64,000 bases of DNA. Source: an uncultured Acetobacteraceae bacterium (lineage in GTDB: Bacteria > Pseudomonadota > Alphaproteobacteria > Acetobacterales > Acetobacteraceae). The position numbers and the translations under genes are program-made. A model generated the notes under the pieces. That model was given only the letters and a program-made list of their open reading frames with translations. It was not told the origin of the DNA and ran no database searches. This document shows, one piece after another, positions 40,148 through 51,107 of the stretch. Location: contig CAXUHB010000001.1 of assembly GCA_964250755.1 (NCBI GenBank), positions 169,136 through 233,135 of the forward strand, read 5' to 3'. Position 1 is the first letter of the stretch, and each line of letters opens with the position of its first letter.

Positions 40148-41424
40148 GCCTGCGTCTCCGCCCCGGTGCGGGCGGTTTGGCCGGCGGCGTCCCACATCAG
40201 GCGGGGGTCGAAGCTGAACGACGCCAGCATGGTCAGGATCACCACGCCGGCGAAGCAGACAGCGCCGATGCCCGGCGTGACCGAAGCGAGCAGCTCCATC
40301 CGCACCAGCCCGACCAGGACCGAAAGCATGAACACGTCAATCATGGACCACCGGCCTATCACCTCCACGATACGATAGAGGCGGGTCCGATCCCGCAGCC
40401 GCCACCCCGCACGACTTTGTGTGGAGAGCAGCAAGGTGGCGATCCCAACCAGCTTCAGCACCGGGACGAGCACGGACGCCACGAACACCAGGAGCGCCAG
40501 GGGCCACATGCGATACTCGATCAGCTCCTGCACGCCGCCCATGATGGTGCTGGGATGGCCCTGGCCGAATCGGATCAGGGTCAGGATGGGATAGAGGTTG
40601 GCGGGAATGTAGAGGGCCGCCGCGCCGAGCAGAAACGCCCAGGACCGGGCGATGCTGTCGGGCTTGCGGACTTCCAGTTCCGCATGGCAGCGCGGGCAGG
40701 GAGCGCCAGGGGGAGCGCGGCTGACCCGGCCGCAGGTGTCGCAGCCGATCAGGGGGCCGAAGCCCACCGGCGCCGGGGTGCGGCGGGTGCGGCCGATGGC
40801 CTCCCACAATGCGTGTTCGTCCAGCCAGGCGTCGGCGGCGATCATGACCAGCATCAGCCCAGCGAGCGCGAGCATGGCCGGGCCGACCAGCACGGTTGCG
40901 CCGGCGGTTGCGGCGAGCCTGGTGTAGGCGACGAACACGCCGAGCAGGAACACTTCCACCATCGCCCAGGGCGTCAGGTGGTGGCGCAGCCGGGCCATGT
41001 CGGCGAGGGTTGACGCTGCCATGCCAGTCCGCAGCCCCACCAGGACGGCGATGGTCAGCACCAGCTTGAGCATGGGCGCGACGACCGTGGTGCCGAGGAC
41101 GACCAGCGCCAGCTGCCACATGCCCTGCTGTTGGAAAGCGGCCGGCAGGTCCTCCAGCGCGGCCTGCCGGGTTTGGCCGAGAAGCTGGAAGCCCAGGAAG
41201 GGGAAGACCAGGACGACGGCGAACAGCACCAGCCCGGTGACGTTGAGCGCCAGCGTGGTGGTCAGGCTGTCGCGCTGGCGGCGGCGCAGCAGGGCGCTGC
41301 AGCGGGTACAGGTTGCGACCAGGCCGGGGCGCAGGAGGGGCACGGACTGGAACAGGCCGCACTCCGGGCATTCCCGCGTGGTGGCCTGAGGAGCTGGGGC
41401 GTCGTAGGTGGCTGCGTCGGGCAT
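40144..41424 (-). CDS. pqiA: PqiA-like inner-membrane protein (two PqiA domains)
   Basis: Duplicated Cys-pair motifs (CPECG...CTRCSA; CDTCG...CPRCHA) each followed by TM bundles. Confidence 0.85.
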   Translation of the reverse strand: MPDAATYDAPAPQATTRECPECGLFQSVPLLRPGLVATCTRCSALLRRRQRDSLTTTLALNVTGLVLFAVVLVFPFLGFQLLGQTRQAALEDLPAAFQQQGMWQLALVVLGTTVVAPMLKLVLTIAVLVGLRTGMAASTLADMARLRHHLTPWAMVEVFLLGVFVAYTRLAATAGATVLVGPAMLALAGLMLVMIAADAWLDEHALWEAIGRTRRTPAPVGFGPLIGCDTCGRVSRAPPGAPCPRCHAELEVRKPDSIARSWAFLLGAAALYIPANLYPILTLIRFGQGHPSTIMGGVQELIEYRMWPLALLVFVASVLVPVLKLVGIATLLLSTQSRAGWRLRDRTRLYRIVEVIGRWSMIDVFMLSVLVGLVRMELLASVTPGIGAVCFAGVVILTMLASFSFDPRLMWDAAGQTARTGAETQA

Positions 41425-41576
41425 GTTGATCCGGAACGTGGCATGGGGCGCCAGGGTTCATGGACATAGCACGGCAGGGTGCGCGATGCAGGGGGATGCG
41501 CGGTGGCGGGTGGTTGCGGGGTGTGGGGTGGACGGCTATAGGTTGGATGCGCGGAGTGCCGTGCGGCCTGTGGCTG

Positions 41577-41651
<75 letters not shown>

Positions 41652-41657
41652 TTTCTG

Positions 41658-44600
41658 TCAAGCCGCTGTCACTGCCAGGTAGTCGAGATTTCCGATCCGC
41701 CCGGCCGTCACCGCATATCCCGCCGTGTCCGCCGCCGTGGTGCCTGCGAATGTCAGGCTGGCCGTGACCTGCCCGTCACCGGCCAGGTCCGCGTGGATCG
41801 TCCGCCCCGTGTAGCCCGTGATCCCGTCCGCGTCTGCCCATACATAGCTCGACGTGTCCGGGTGGAAGCTGAACATCGTCACGGTGTCGCCGGGGTGGAA
41901 GCCCACGATGGTGTCCCATGTCGGCGTGGCCGGGTTGCCCGCCAGGAAGATCGTGTTGTTCCCGGGGCCGTCCACCAGAAAGTTCGAGCCGGGGCCGGCG
42001 TCCACCACGTTCCGCCCGCCCGCCATCTGGATTGCGCAGAAACCGGAGAAGCTTTTGATGAACGCGCTGTCCGCGTTGGCCACGATCACCGCGGGGTCCG
42101 CGCTGTCATAGATCAGCTGTGTCCGCAGATAGTCCACGGGGCCGTGATACTCCTCCCCCACCAGCGTCGTCTGCGATCCCCCGGCAACCGTCAGGAACGT
42201 CGCCGACGGCAGTTGCAGGAAGTGCTGCGCGATCCCGGCCTGGTCGGCGCTGGGCTGGAGGTGCAGCGTTGTCCCGCTGTCCCGCGCCATGCTGCCCGCA
42301 CCGTCGTCCAGCGTGATTGCAAAAGTGGCGTTTCCCGCCGCAGCCGGCGTGAACATCAGCGCGCGGGCGTCGGCCTGCAAGGCGTCCACGGTGCCCCGCG
42401 CAGTGTAGGTGCCGGACGCCGGGTCGTAAAACCCCAACCCGCCGGCCAGCCGGCCCAGCCCGGCGGCGACCAGCACCTGCAAGGTCTCGACCTGCCCCGC
42501 ATCCGGGTCGGACAGCGACAACGCCGTGAACGGCAGCACGCCCAGCGTCGTCGTAGCGGCCTGGCCGGAGATAGTTCCCTGGATGGCAGGTGGCGTATCC
42601 GCTCCCTGAACCACCACCTGCGCGGCGGCGGCAGTGGTTCCGTCGGCGCCGTCGGACACCTGCACCGACACGCCTGTGGTCCGTGTCGCGCCATAGGCCA
42701 GTTGGCGCGCGGTGGGCACGAAGCTCAGCCCCCGCAGTGCCGCCTGGACGTCGGCTGCGGCGCCGCCGACCACGTAGCGGCCCGATGCGGCGTCGTAGGT
42801 TCCCCCGCCCAGGTTCCCCAGCGTCCCGTCGCCGGGATTGCTCAGCACGACTTGCGCCGTCTGGACCTGGCTCACGTCGGGATCGGCGAGTGTCAGGCTG
42901 GACAGGGGCGTGGCCGCCGTGTCGTCCACTGTGAACACAAGCGCCGGCATCCCAGCCAGCACCGGCGGCGTGTCGGCCACCACCAGCCCGGCCAGGGCCG
43001 GCGACGACGCGCCGTAGCCCGTCTCGACCACGGCGCTGCTGGCCAGGTTGGTGCCCACGGCCACCACGCCGACCACGGCCTGCAGCGTCACCGCGACCGT
43101 GCCGCCCCCAGCCGGAGCGGTGACCGGTCCCAAGGACACCGCGATCCCGCCGGGCACGGCGGCCACGGACGGCGTGCCGCCGCCCGTGGCCTGCACCGAG
43201 CCGGGCACCAGCGTCAGTCCGCCCGGCAGCCCCACGACGACCCGAACCGCCGGGTTGTCGCCCGCTGGCAGGACTCCGGTGGCTTGCAGCGTGATGGTGC
43301 TTCCCACGCGCGGCGCAGGGTTGGACAGGGTCATTGCCGCCGTGGACCCGGCCACGGTGGCGGCGGACGCCGACTGCAACGGCGCCAGCGCGAAGGCCGC
43401 GTCGCCTCCCGGCAGCGACGCCGCCATGGCCCGGGCCTGCGACGCCAATGACGTGCCCACGGCGCCTGCGCCCCGGGCTGCCAGCGTCAGCGTCAGGATT
43501 TCGCCTGGGTCCAGCTCGGAGGCATCCACCGTGATGCCGCCGTCCGGCGCCGTTCCCAGCGCGGCACCTGCCGCCGGCCCGCCTGCCTGGACCGATCCCG
43601 GCACCACGGACAGCCCGGCGCCCAGCAGGTCCGACAGGCGCACGGCATAGGCCGGTGCAGCGCCGGGCTGGTTGGCCAGGCGCACCGTGTAGGCCGCGGC
43701 CTGCCCGGCCTGCACCTGCCCCGGCCCGTCCACCGTCAGCCGCAGCGCCGGGGCAGTTGCGGACACTGCCGCCCCCTGGGCCGTGGTGATCCGCGCGCCC
43801 ACCATGGCGGGGTCGGCGGCGCTGACCGCCACCTGCACCGGCCCGGATGACGCCCCGGTTGCCCGGGCCACGATGTCCAGCTCAACGGTCACGGGCTGGC
43901 CGGACTGCACCGTGCCCAGGTCGAAGCCCGTCGTCGAACGCTCCCCCACCCACAGGCCCGTCAGCCCCGGCGTGGCGTAGCTCACCGTCTCGGACACTAG
44001 GGACAGCCCAGCGGGGACTACGCCGCCGATATGGATCGCACGGTTCTGCCCGCTGGGCAGGGTGACGGTGGCATGGAACGTCGCCGTCTCTCCCACTGCA
44101 AGCTGGCTGCCCGGCGTCGCCGCGGCGCTGGTCCCGGTCAGGGCGATGCTCAGGTCTGGTCCCATCGAGACCACGTCGGTCGAGGCCGACACTGGGGCGG
44201 CGGCCACCAGGTTGGCCCCGCCGGAACTGGCGGCTGCATGGATCACCGCGGCCCGGTTCTCCCCCACTGCCTGCGGCCCTGGCATGGCGCTGGTGGCTTG
44301 CAGCGTGAACGTCACCAGCACGACGTTGCCGCCCGATGCCGGGTCGTAGGCTGCCAGCGGCGCTCCCGGGTCCAGGTGCAGTCCGTCCGTTGCGCTGAAC
44401 AGGTTGCCCGTTGCGGCCAGCGTGGTCCCTGCGCCGGTCTGCACGATGATGTCGGCGCCATTGGCGGGCACGGCGTAGCCCGGCGGCATCGTGTCACGCA
44501 GCACCAGGTCCCAGGCCGACCCAGCCGACACGTTCTGCACCGCCATCACGAAGGTCACGAGATCCCCCGCCGCCACGTCCAGCAGCCGGTCGGAGAAGGG

Positions 44601-45519
44601 GTCGGCGTCCATCGCCGCGCTGCTGACGGCGCCGCTGAACTGGCCGGTCCAGGTGCTGTAGGCGACGGGGCTGCCGGTGCCGGACCCCACCACCGCGAAG
44701 TAGCTCTGCGGCCCCGTCGCATCCAGGCTGCCGGTCTGCACGCGCAGGATGGGCGCTGGGGCCGCGACACTGGCGGCGGCCCGCGCGACGCTGACCTGGC
44801 CGAACGAGTTCGCCTCTGTCACGGCGGCGTCAATCGTGGGCGGGCTGGCGGGCAGGGCGGTGATGAACAGCAAGTCCAGGACCGCGGGCGCCCCGCCGCC
44901 TGCCGGGGCGAGGTCCCCGAAATCGAACCGCAGCGCCGCGCCGTCCGGGTCCACGCCGACCAGGTTCGGCGCCACGGCAACCGTATTGTCCGGCCCAAGC
45001 TGGCGTGCCCCGCCGCGGGCGTGCCCGGACCGGCGCTCCAGGCGACCGCCGCGGGCAGGCCGGGTACTGCGGCCTCCACCTGCAAGTCCTGCGTGATCCC
45101 GAGCTGCAGCGACACCCGCACCCGGTAGGTGGCAGTGCCGCCGCCCACGGCCTGAACCGTGGCGGACAGCGTGCTGGCGGAGAGCACCACTGCAGCGGAC
45201 GCGGGCGCGGCGGTCATGGCCTGGCCGCCGTGTGCAGCACCGCTTGCAAGGTTTGCGACACGTCCACGCCGATCCGCGTCACCGCGCTGGCGGCATCCTG
45301 GGCCGCGATGGGCACCGCCGGGCCGGAGAACGGCGTGGCGCCGCCCAGCGTCAGCGCCAGGTCGGGCGGGCGTACGGGATCAAGCTCCTGTCCGCCCCCG
45401 AGCAGGTCGAGCAACTGGACCCTGTTGGCAGCGCCGCTGAAGCTGGCGGCTATGATCCAGTCGAGGGCGGTGCCGGGCCAGGGATGGCGGGGCGCAAGCA
45501 GGCGTAGGGTGACGGGCAT
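41658..45519 (-). pseudogene. large DUF11-repeat surface/adhesin-like protein, apparently broken into three frames
   Basis: ORFs 45214..45552, 44819..45217 and 41658..44975 read as one continuous protein of about 1280 aa. Multiple DUF11-type repeats (GDLVTFVMAVQNVSAGSAWDLVLRDTMPPGYAV; GQAAAYTVRLANQPGAAPAYAVRLSDLLGAGLSVVPGSV). No N-terminal signal peptide, which fits a type I secretion substrate. Junctions near 45215-45240 and 44960-45000. Confidence 0.5.
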
Positions 45520-45607
45520 GGCGGGACACCTGCATTTTGCTGGTGCCCCCAACCGTGGCAGGCTGGTTTTGCCAATCCGTTAAGACACTGCCCACCGAGG
45601 TAACGCC

Positions 45608-46639
45608 ATGTCGCACGCCAGCAACCGCCGCATCGTCCTGGCCAGCCGGCCCGCCGGCCCGCCGACGCCGGACAACTTCCGCACGGAGCATGCGCCGGTC
45701 CCGGCCGCTCCGCCCGGCGGCGTGCTGCTGCGGACGCTGTGGCTGTCCCTGGACCCCTACATGCGCGGGCGCATGAGCGACGCGCCGTCCTACTCGCCCC
45801 CGGTGGGCATCGGCGAGGTCATGGTCGGCGGCACCGTCAGCGAGGTCGTGGAGTCCAACGCCGAGGGCTACCGGCCTGGGGACTTGGTGGAGGGCCGGAC
45901 CGGTTGGCAGGAGTATGCGGCCGTGGACCCGGCCAAGCACCCCGGCGGCCTGCGTGTGCTGCCGGCCGGTCCGCATGCGCCGTCCACTGCGCTGGGCGTC
46001 CTGGGGATGCCGGGCATGACCGCCTATTGCGGCATGCTGAACATCGGGCAGCCCAAGCCGGGGGAGACCGTCGTGGTCGCGGCGGCGGCAGGGCCGGTCG
46101 GATCTCTGGTCGGGCAGATCGCCAAGCTGCACGGCGCGCGGGCGGTCGGCATCGCCGGCGGGCCGGACAAGTGCGAGTACGTAACGGGCCTGGGCTTCGA
46201 CGCCTGCCTGGACCACCGCGCGCCGGACCTGCCGGGGCAGCTGGCCGCGGCGTGCCCGGATGGCGTGGACGTCTACTTCGAGAACGTCGGCGGTGCGGTG
46301 TGGGACGCGGTGCTGCCGCGCCTGAATCCCTTCGCGCGGGTGCCGGTGTGCGGGCTGGTGTCCTACTACAACGCGACCGAGCCGCCGTCCGGCCCGGACC
46401 GCACCGCCCTGGTGATGCGCGCCGTGCTGACCAAGCGGCTGCTGATCCGCGGCTTCATCGTCTGGGACTTTGCGGCGCAGCAGGACGATTTCCTACAAAC
46501 GGTCGGCGGCTGGCTGGCGCAGGGAAAGATTCGGCACCGGGAGGACATCGTGGACGGGCTGGACGCGGCACCCGCCGCCTTCATCGGCATGTTGAGGGGC
46601 GCGAACTTCGGCAAGATGCTGGTGCGGGTGGCGTCGTAG
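45608..46639 (+). CDS. NADP-dependent oxidoreductase, medium-chain dehydrogenase/reductase (YncB/CurA-like)
   Basis: 343 aa; nucleotide-binding AAAGPVGSLVGQIAKLHGA; N-terminal MSHASNRRIVLASRPAGPPTPDNF typical of this subfamily. Confidence 0.8.
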   Translation: MSHASNRRIVLASRPAGPPTPDNFRTEHAPVPAAPPGGVLLRTLWLSLDPYMRGRMSDAPSYSPPVGIGEVMVGGTVSEVVESNAEGYRPGDLVEGRTGWQEYAAVDPAKHPGGLRVLPAGPHAPSTALGVLGMPGMTAYCGMLNIGQPKPGETVVVAAAAGPVGSLVGQIAKLHGARAVGIAGGPDKCEYVTGLGFDACLDHRAPDLPGQLAAACPDGVDVYFENVGGAVWDAVLPRLNPFARVPVCGLVSYYNATEPPSGPDRTALVMRAVLTKRLLIRGFIVWDFAAQQDDFLQTVGGWLAQGKIRHREDIVDGLDAAPAAFIGMLRGANFGKMLVRVAS

Positions 46640-46643
46640 AAAG

Positions 46644-47009
46644 TTAGCCGCCCGATCCCACCTGCGTCAGCACCACCCCGGCGACGATCAGGGCGGCGCC
46701 CAGCCAAAACACCGGCCGAACGGTTTCCCCGAACACCAGCACCGCGGCCAGGGGCACCAGCACCACGCCCAGCGCCGCCCAGGGATGAGCTTGGCTGAGC
46801 GGCACGCGCGTCAGTATCCAGACCCACAGCAAGGTCGCGCCGCCATACAGCGTCAGTGCCGCCCACATGGCCGGCGTGGCTGCGAGGGTCTGCAGCAGCC
46901 GCGGCGCCGGCACGCCCGTGATGGCCTGCGCCGCCTGCTTGAACAGCATTTGCCCGCCCGCCAGCATGACGCTGAACAGCAGCAAGTAGATCGTGTTGGC
47001 GTTCATCAT
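46644..47009 (-). CDS. small multidrug-resistance/EamA-like 4-TM transporter (ArnE-like)
   Basis: 121 aa, four hydrophobic helices. Confidence 0.55.
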   Translation of the reverse strand: MMNANTIYLLLFSVMLAGGQMLFKQAAQAITGVPAPRLLQTLAATPAMWAALTLYGGATLLWVWILTRVPLSQAHPWAALGVVLVPLAAVLVFGETVRPVFWLGAALIVAGVVLTQVGSGG

Positions 47010-47132
47010 CGCTGCGTCTGCGCCCGGGTTGCGGCGCGTTGTGGGGCCGGGCGGCGGGGGATGTCAAAACCGGGTTGCAGCCGGGCCGGGCCGGGCGGAA
47101 GCTGCGCGCCTATCCCGCGCAGGACGAACTTC

Positions 47133-48059
47133 ATGTGGCAGCCCGCTCCCTTCTACCCCGACCCGGCCGTGCGGTCGCTGCATCCCAGCTTCGACCGGTA
47201 TCGCCTCGGGCTGGCCGCGGTCGAGCGTCTGGCGACCGGGCTGCGCTGGGCCGAGGGGCCGGTGTGGTTCGGCGACGCGCGGCACCTGCTGGTCAGCGAC
47301 ATCCCCAACAACCGCATCCTGAAGTGGGAGGAGGAGACAGGCGCCGTGTCCGTGTTCCGCCGCCCATCCGGCTACGCGAACGGCAACACCCGGGACCGGC
47401 AGGGCCGGCTGGTCACGTGCGAGCACGGCAACCGCCGGGTCACGCGCACCGAACATGATGGGACCATCACCGTGCTGATGGACCGGTTCGAGGGCAAGCG
47501 GCTGAACAGCCCCAACGATGTCGTCGTCAGCCGGGACGGCGCGGTCTGGTTCACCGACCCCGCCTTCGGCATCCTGTCGGACTACGAGGGCGCGCGGGCG
47601 GAGCAGGAACTGCCCCTCAACTTGTATCGCCTGGACCCCGCCACCGGGCACGCGGCGGTGATGGACGACGGGATCGAGGCGCCGAACGGCCTGGCCTTCT
47701 CCCCTGATGAGTCCATCCTCTATGTCGTCGAGTGCCGGTCCGTACCCCGCCGCATCCTGGCCTATGACGTGCTGGACGGCGCCCGCCTAGCCCGGCGGCG
47801 CACGCTGATAGATGCGGGCGCCGGCACGCCGGACGGGTTCCGGGTGGACGAGGATGGCAACCTCTGGTGCGGCTGGGGCATGGGTTCGCCGGAGCTGGAC
47901 GGGGTGCGGGTGTTCAACCCGGCAGGCGAGCCGATTGGGCACATCCACCTGCCGGAACGCTGCGCCAACCTTTGCTTCGGCGGACCCCACCGGAACCGGC
48001 TGTTCATGGCGGCGAGCCAGTCGGTCTATGCGCTGTATGTGAATACGCGGGGGGTTTAG
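47133..48059 (+). CDS. SMP-30/gluconolactonase/LRE-family hydrolase
   Basis: Six-bladed propeller motifs (EGPVWFGDARHLLVSDIPNNRI; NSPNDVVVSRDGAVWFTDP; PNGLAFSPDE; PDGFRVDEDGNLW); ATG at 47133 inside the longer ORF. Confidence 0.8.
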   Translation: MWQPAPFYPDPAVRSLHPSFDRYRLGLAAVERLATGLRWAEGPVWFGDARHLLVSDIPNNRILKWEEETGAVSVFRRPSGYANGNTRDRQGRLVTCEHGNRRVTRTEHDGTITVLMDRFEGKRLNSPNDVVVSRDGAVWFTDPAFGILSDYEGARAEQELPLNLYRLDPATGHAAVMDDGIEAPNGLAFSPDESILYVVECRSVPRRILAYDVLDGARLARRRTLIDAGAGTPDGFRVDEDGNLWCGWGMGSPELDGVRVFNPAGEPIGHIHLPERCANLCFGGPHRNRLFMAASQSVYALYVNTRGV

Positions 48060-48065
48060 GACGGG

Positions 48066-48225
48066 CCTGCTCCCTCTCCCTCCGGGAGAGGGTTGGGGTA
48101 AGGGGAGCAGCAGGTGCGGTCCTTAGATTGGGCGGGGCTGTTCTCCAGGCGGCCGAGGGCAGTGCGCGCGCGCGGCCTTCCTCACCCCGGCCCTCTCCCG
48201 GAGGAGGGGCGAGCAGCAAGCCCCT
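48066..48225. repeat. REP-like palindromic doublet, copy B
   Basis: ctgctccctctccctccgggagagggttggggtaaggggagcag ... ccttcctcaccccggccctctcccggaggaggggcgagcag. The second unit encodes the last 9 codons and the stop of selO on the opposite strand. Confidence 0.75.
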
Positions 48226-49648
48226 CGTAAGCCTCCCGCATCGCGTCCACCTGCGCCAGCTTGGCGTGGAACGCGCTCCAGTCGTCCTGTTCCGCGATGG
48301 GCGCCCAGATCGCCTCCACCTCCTCGATCAGCATCGTGCAGGGCTGGGCGCGGGTGAAGTAGGGGTGATCTAGATGGATGCCGGGCGCGGGCTGGCGCTG
48401 GGCCAGGGCGGCGCGGACCGGGGCGAAGGCGGGGGTGGCGTAGGCTGCGGCTGCCGGGCTGCCGGCGGCGCGGGCGGCGGCGGCGGGGCCGCCGTGCCAG
48501 TCGAAGAACGCCTGCTCGAACCCGGTGCCGTTTTCTGCCAGGAACTCCCACCAGGCCCGGGCCAGCGCCGCGTCCTCCTCCGGCGTCAGCGGGGCGACGC
48601 CAAGGCGGCGAAGCACCGCTGCGTCCAGCGCCGACTGGAATTGTGGGCCGAAGCCCTGCAGCACCCCCTCCAACGCCGTCTTGCCCTCGGCCTGGTCCGT
48701 CAACGGCAGTAGGCACTCGGCCAGGCGCACCAGGTTCCATAGCAGCGTGTCGGGCTGGCGGCCGTAGGCGTACAGGCCATTGTGGTCGAAGTAGGCGGCG
48801 GTGAACCCGGCGTCGTAGGTGGGCAGGAAGCGCCAGGGGCCGTAGTCGAAGCTTTCGCCGGTGATGTTGATGTTGTCGGTGTTCAGCACCCCATGCACGA
48901 AGCCCGCAGCCATCCAGCTTGCGCCCAGCACCGCCACGCGCTGGACGACCGCGGTCAGGAAGGCCACGGCGCGGTCCGCCGGTCCGTCGCGCCAGACGTC
49001 GGGCAGGTAATGGTGGATGGAGTGGTCCAGCAGCAGCCGCAACTCCTCCATCTGTCCCAGGTAGGCCAGCCGCTGGAAGGAGCCGATGCGGATGTGCGAG
49101 TGGCTGAGACGCACCAGCACCGACCCGCGGGTGGGGGAGGGTTCGTCGCCGCGGACCAGCTCCTCCCCCGTTTCGATCAGGCTGAAGGACTTGCTGGTAT
49201 AGACGCCCAGCGCTTCCAGCAGGGTGGTGGCCAGCACCTCGCGCACGCCGCCCTTGAGCGTCAGGCGACCGTCGCCGCCGCGGGACCAGGGGGTGCGGCC
49301 CGTGCCCTTGGTGCCCAGGTCCAGCAACCGGCCGTCTTGCAGATCGTGCAGTTGGGCGAACAGGAAGCCGCGCCCGTCGCCGAGGTCCGGGTTGTACTGG
49401 CGGAACTGGTGGCCGTGGTAGCGGAGCGCGAGGGGCCGGGGCAGGGAGCCGGGCAGGGGCTGGAAGGCGCCGAAGTGGGCCAGCCACTCGTCGTCCGTCA
49501 GGCCGTCCAGGCCGACGCGGGCGGCCCAGCGCTGGTCGCGGTGGCGCAGGATGCGCTGCGGGAAGGCGGCGGCGTCCACCGGGTCGTAGAAGGCGCTGCC
49601 CAGGCCGGCGTGCGTCGTGGCGGGGCGGAGGTGCGGGCTGGGGGGCAT
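48182..49648 (-). CDS. selO: protein adenylyltransferase SelO (YdiU/UPF0061)
   Basis: HGHQFRQYNPDLGDGRGFLFAQL, VLNTDNINITGESFDYGPWRF and other SelO kinase-fold blocks; start taken at M32 of the ORF. Confidence 0.85.
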   Translation of the reverse strand: MPPSPHLRPATTHAGLGSAFYDPVDAAAFPQRILRHRDQRWAARVGLDGLTDDEWLAHFGAFQPLPGSLPRPLALRYHGHQFRQYNPDLGDGRGFLFAQLHDLQDGRLLDLGTKGTGRTPWSRGGDGRLTLKGGVREVLATTLLEALGVYTSKSFSLIETGEELVRGDEPSPTRGSVLVRLSHSHIRIGSFQRLAYLGQMEELRLLLDHSIHHYLPDVWRDGPADRAVAFLTAVVQRVAVLGASWMAAGFVHGVLNTDNINITGESFDYGPWRFLPTYDAGFTAAYFDHNGLYAYGRQPDTLLWNLVRLAECLLPLTDQAEGKTALEGVLQGFGPQFQSALDAAVLRRLGVAPLTPEEDAALARAWWEFLAENGTGFEQAFFDWHGGPAAAARAAGSPAAAAYATPAFAPVRAALAQRQPAPGIHLDHPYFTRAQPCTMLIEEVEAIWAPIAEQDDWSAFHAKLAQVDAMREAYEGLAARPSSGRGPG

Positions 49649-49725
49649 GGCGGTCCCGAGGTATGAGGGGATGACAACGCGCAACTGCCGTGAAGCGTTC
49701 GCGGAGCGATACTTGGAGGGGTGGC

Positions 49726-50751
49726 ATGGAGGCGGGGCCATTGCTGGCTGCGGCCCGGCGGGTGCTGGAGGAGCGTGGCGGCCTGGGCGCGTCGGTTGCG
49801 GTCTGGGCCGATGGCTTGCCGGTGCTGAAGGCCGGGCTGGGCTGGCGGGATGCCGGGCGCACCGTGGCGATGCCGGCGGATGCCCTGATGCAGACCCACA
49901 GCATCAGCAAGACGCTGTTTGCCGTCACGGCGCTGCGCTTGGCGGAGTTAGGGATGTTGGACCTGGACGGCCGCGTGCCGGGCTGCCCGCCGGGCGTGAC
50001 GCCGCGCCGGCTGCTGAACCACACGGCGGGCGTGCCGGATTACGGCATGGTCCCGGTTTATCACGAGGCCGTGCGCGCCAGGCCCGGACGGGCCTGGACC
50101 CGTGCGGAGTTCATGGCCCGCACGGTGGAGGCAAGCGGGTTTGGGCTGCCTGGCCCGTTCGCCTATTCGAACACGGGATACCTGCTGCTGCGCGAGGCCC
50201 TGGAGCAGGCATCTGGTGAGCCGATGGCGGCGCTGCTGCGGCGCTTGGTGTGGGGGCCGTTGGGCCTGCCGCGGTCCCGGCTGGCCGATGGCTGGGCGGA
50301 TGTGGGGGGCTTGGCGCCGGGTTGGACGGCGATGTGGGGCGGGATGCAGGACGCGGCGGGGTTGTACGACCCGGGCTGGGTGGCGATGCGGTCCGTGCTG
50401 GCGCCGGTCGGGGAGGTTGCGGCGGTGTTCGACGCGCTGCGCGGCGGGCGGCTGCTGGGCGCGTGGTCGCTGGCCGCCATGATGACGCCGGTGATCGTGC
50501 CCGGCACGGACTGGATGTGCGTGGAGAAGGGGTATGGGCTGGGGTTGATGGTGGACCGGCAATCGCGGTTCGGCGTGCTGGCCGGGCATGGCGGGGGCGG
50601 GCCGGGCTACTCGTCCGGGGCGCTGACGGGGGAGGCGGGCGGGCGGATGGTGACGGTGGCTGTGCTGGCGAACACGGACGGGGACGACCTTGGACGGCGG
50701 GTTGCGGCAGCGGTGCTGCAGGCGGTGCTGGCGTTGGTTGGGAACGCATGA
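49726..50751 (+). CDS. serine hydrolase, beta-lactamase/transpeptidase-like family
   Basis: SxxK active site (HSISKTLF); YxN-like and later motifs; no obvious signal peptide. Confidence 0.75.
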   Translation: MEAGPLLAAARRVLEERGGLGASVAVWADGLPVLKAGLGWRDAGRTVAMPADALMQTHSISKTLFAVTALRLAELGMLDLDGRVPGCPPGVTPRRLLNHTAGVPDYGMVPVYHEAVRARPGRAWTRAEFMARTVEASGFGLPGPFAYSNTGYLLLREALEQASGEPMAALLRRLVWGPLGLPRSRLADGWADVGGLAPGWTAMWGGMQDAAGLYDPGWVAMRSVLAPVGEVAAVFDALRGGRLLGAWSLAAMMTPVIVPGTDWMCVEKGYGLGLMVDRQSRFGVLAGHGGGGPGYSSGALTGEAGGRMVTVAVLANTDGDDLGRRVAAAVLQAVLALVGNA

Positions 50752-50960
50752 TGGACGGCTTGACCCTGTTCGGCCTGGTGGCGGTGAGCCTGATGCTGCT
50801 GTGCTACGCGATGGAAGCACGGGGGCGTGGATGGGTGCTGGGGTTCGCCGGGGCGTGCGCGCTGGGGTCGGCGTATGGGTTCCTGCAAGGGGCCTGGCCG
50901 TTCGGAGTGGTGGAGGCGGTTTGGGCGGGGGTGGCGCTGCGGCGGTATGCCCGGACGTAG
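50748..50960 (+). CDS. small membrane protein (70 aa, two TM helices)
   Basis: ATGATGG overlap with the serine hydrolase stop; MMDGLTLFGLVAVSLMLLCYAMEARGRGWVLGFAGACALGSAYGFLQ. Confidence 0.4.
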   Translation: MMDGLTLFGLVAVSLMLLCYAMEARGRGWVLGFAGACALGSAYGFLQGAWPFGVVEAVWAGVALRRYART

Positions 50961-51107
50961 TGCGACCCGGCTGCACTCCTGAACCGTTGGGGACCGTGGC
51001 AGGGCCGGGGCTGATCGGCGCAGCGCCATCCGCTGCCGGACGCGGCAGCACCCAGGCGGACGGCGCGGCGCCCCGTCCTGGAAGCTGTGGCAGACGTATC
51101 CGGGCGG

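Noticed and set aside
41793-43451. 552-aa plus-strand ORF inside the giant DUF11 gene
   Set aside because: Antisense GC artefact (R/G/H-rich), no coding periodicity consistent with the locus
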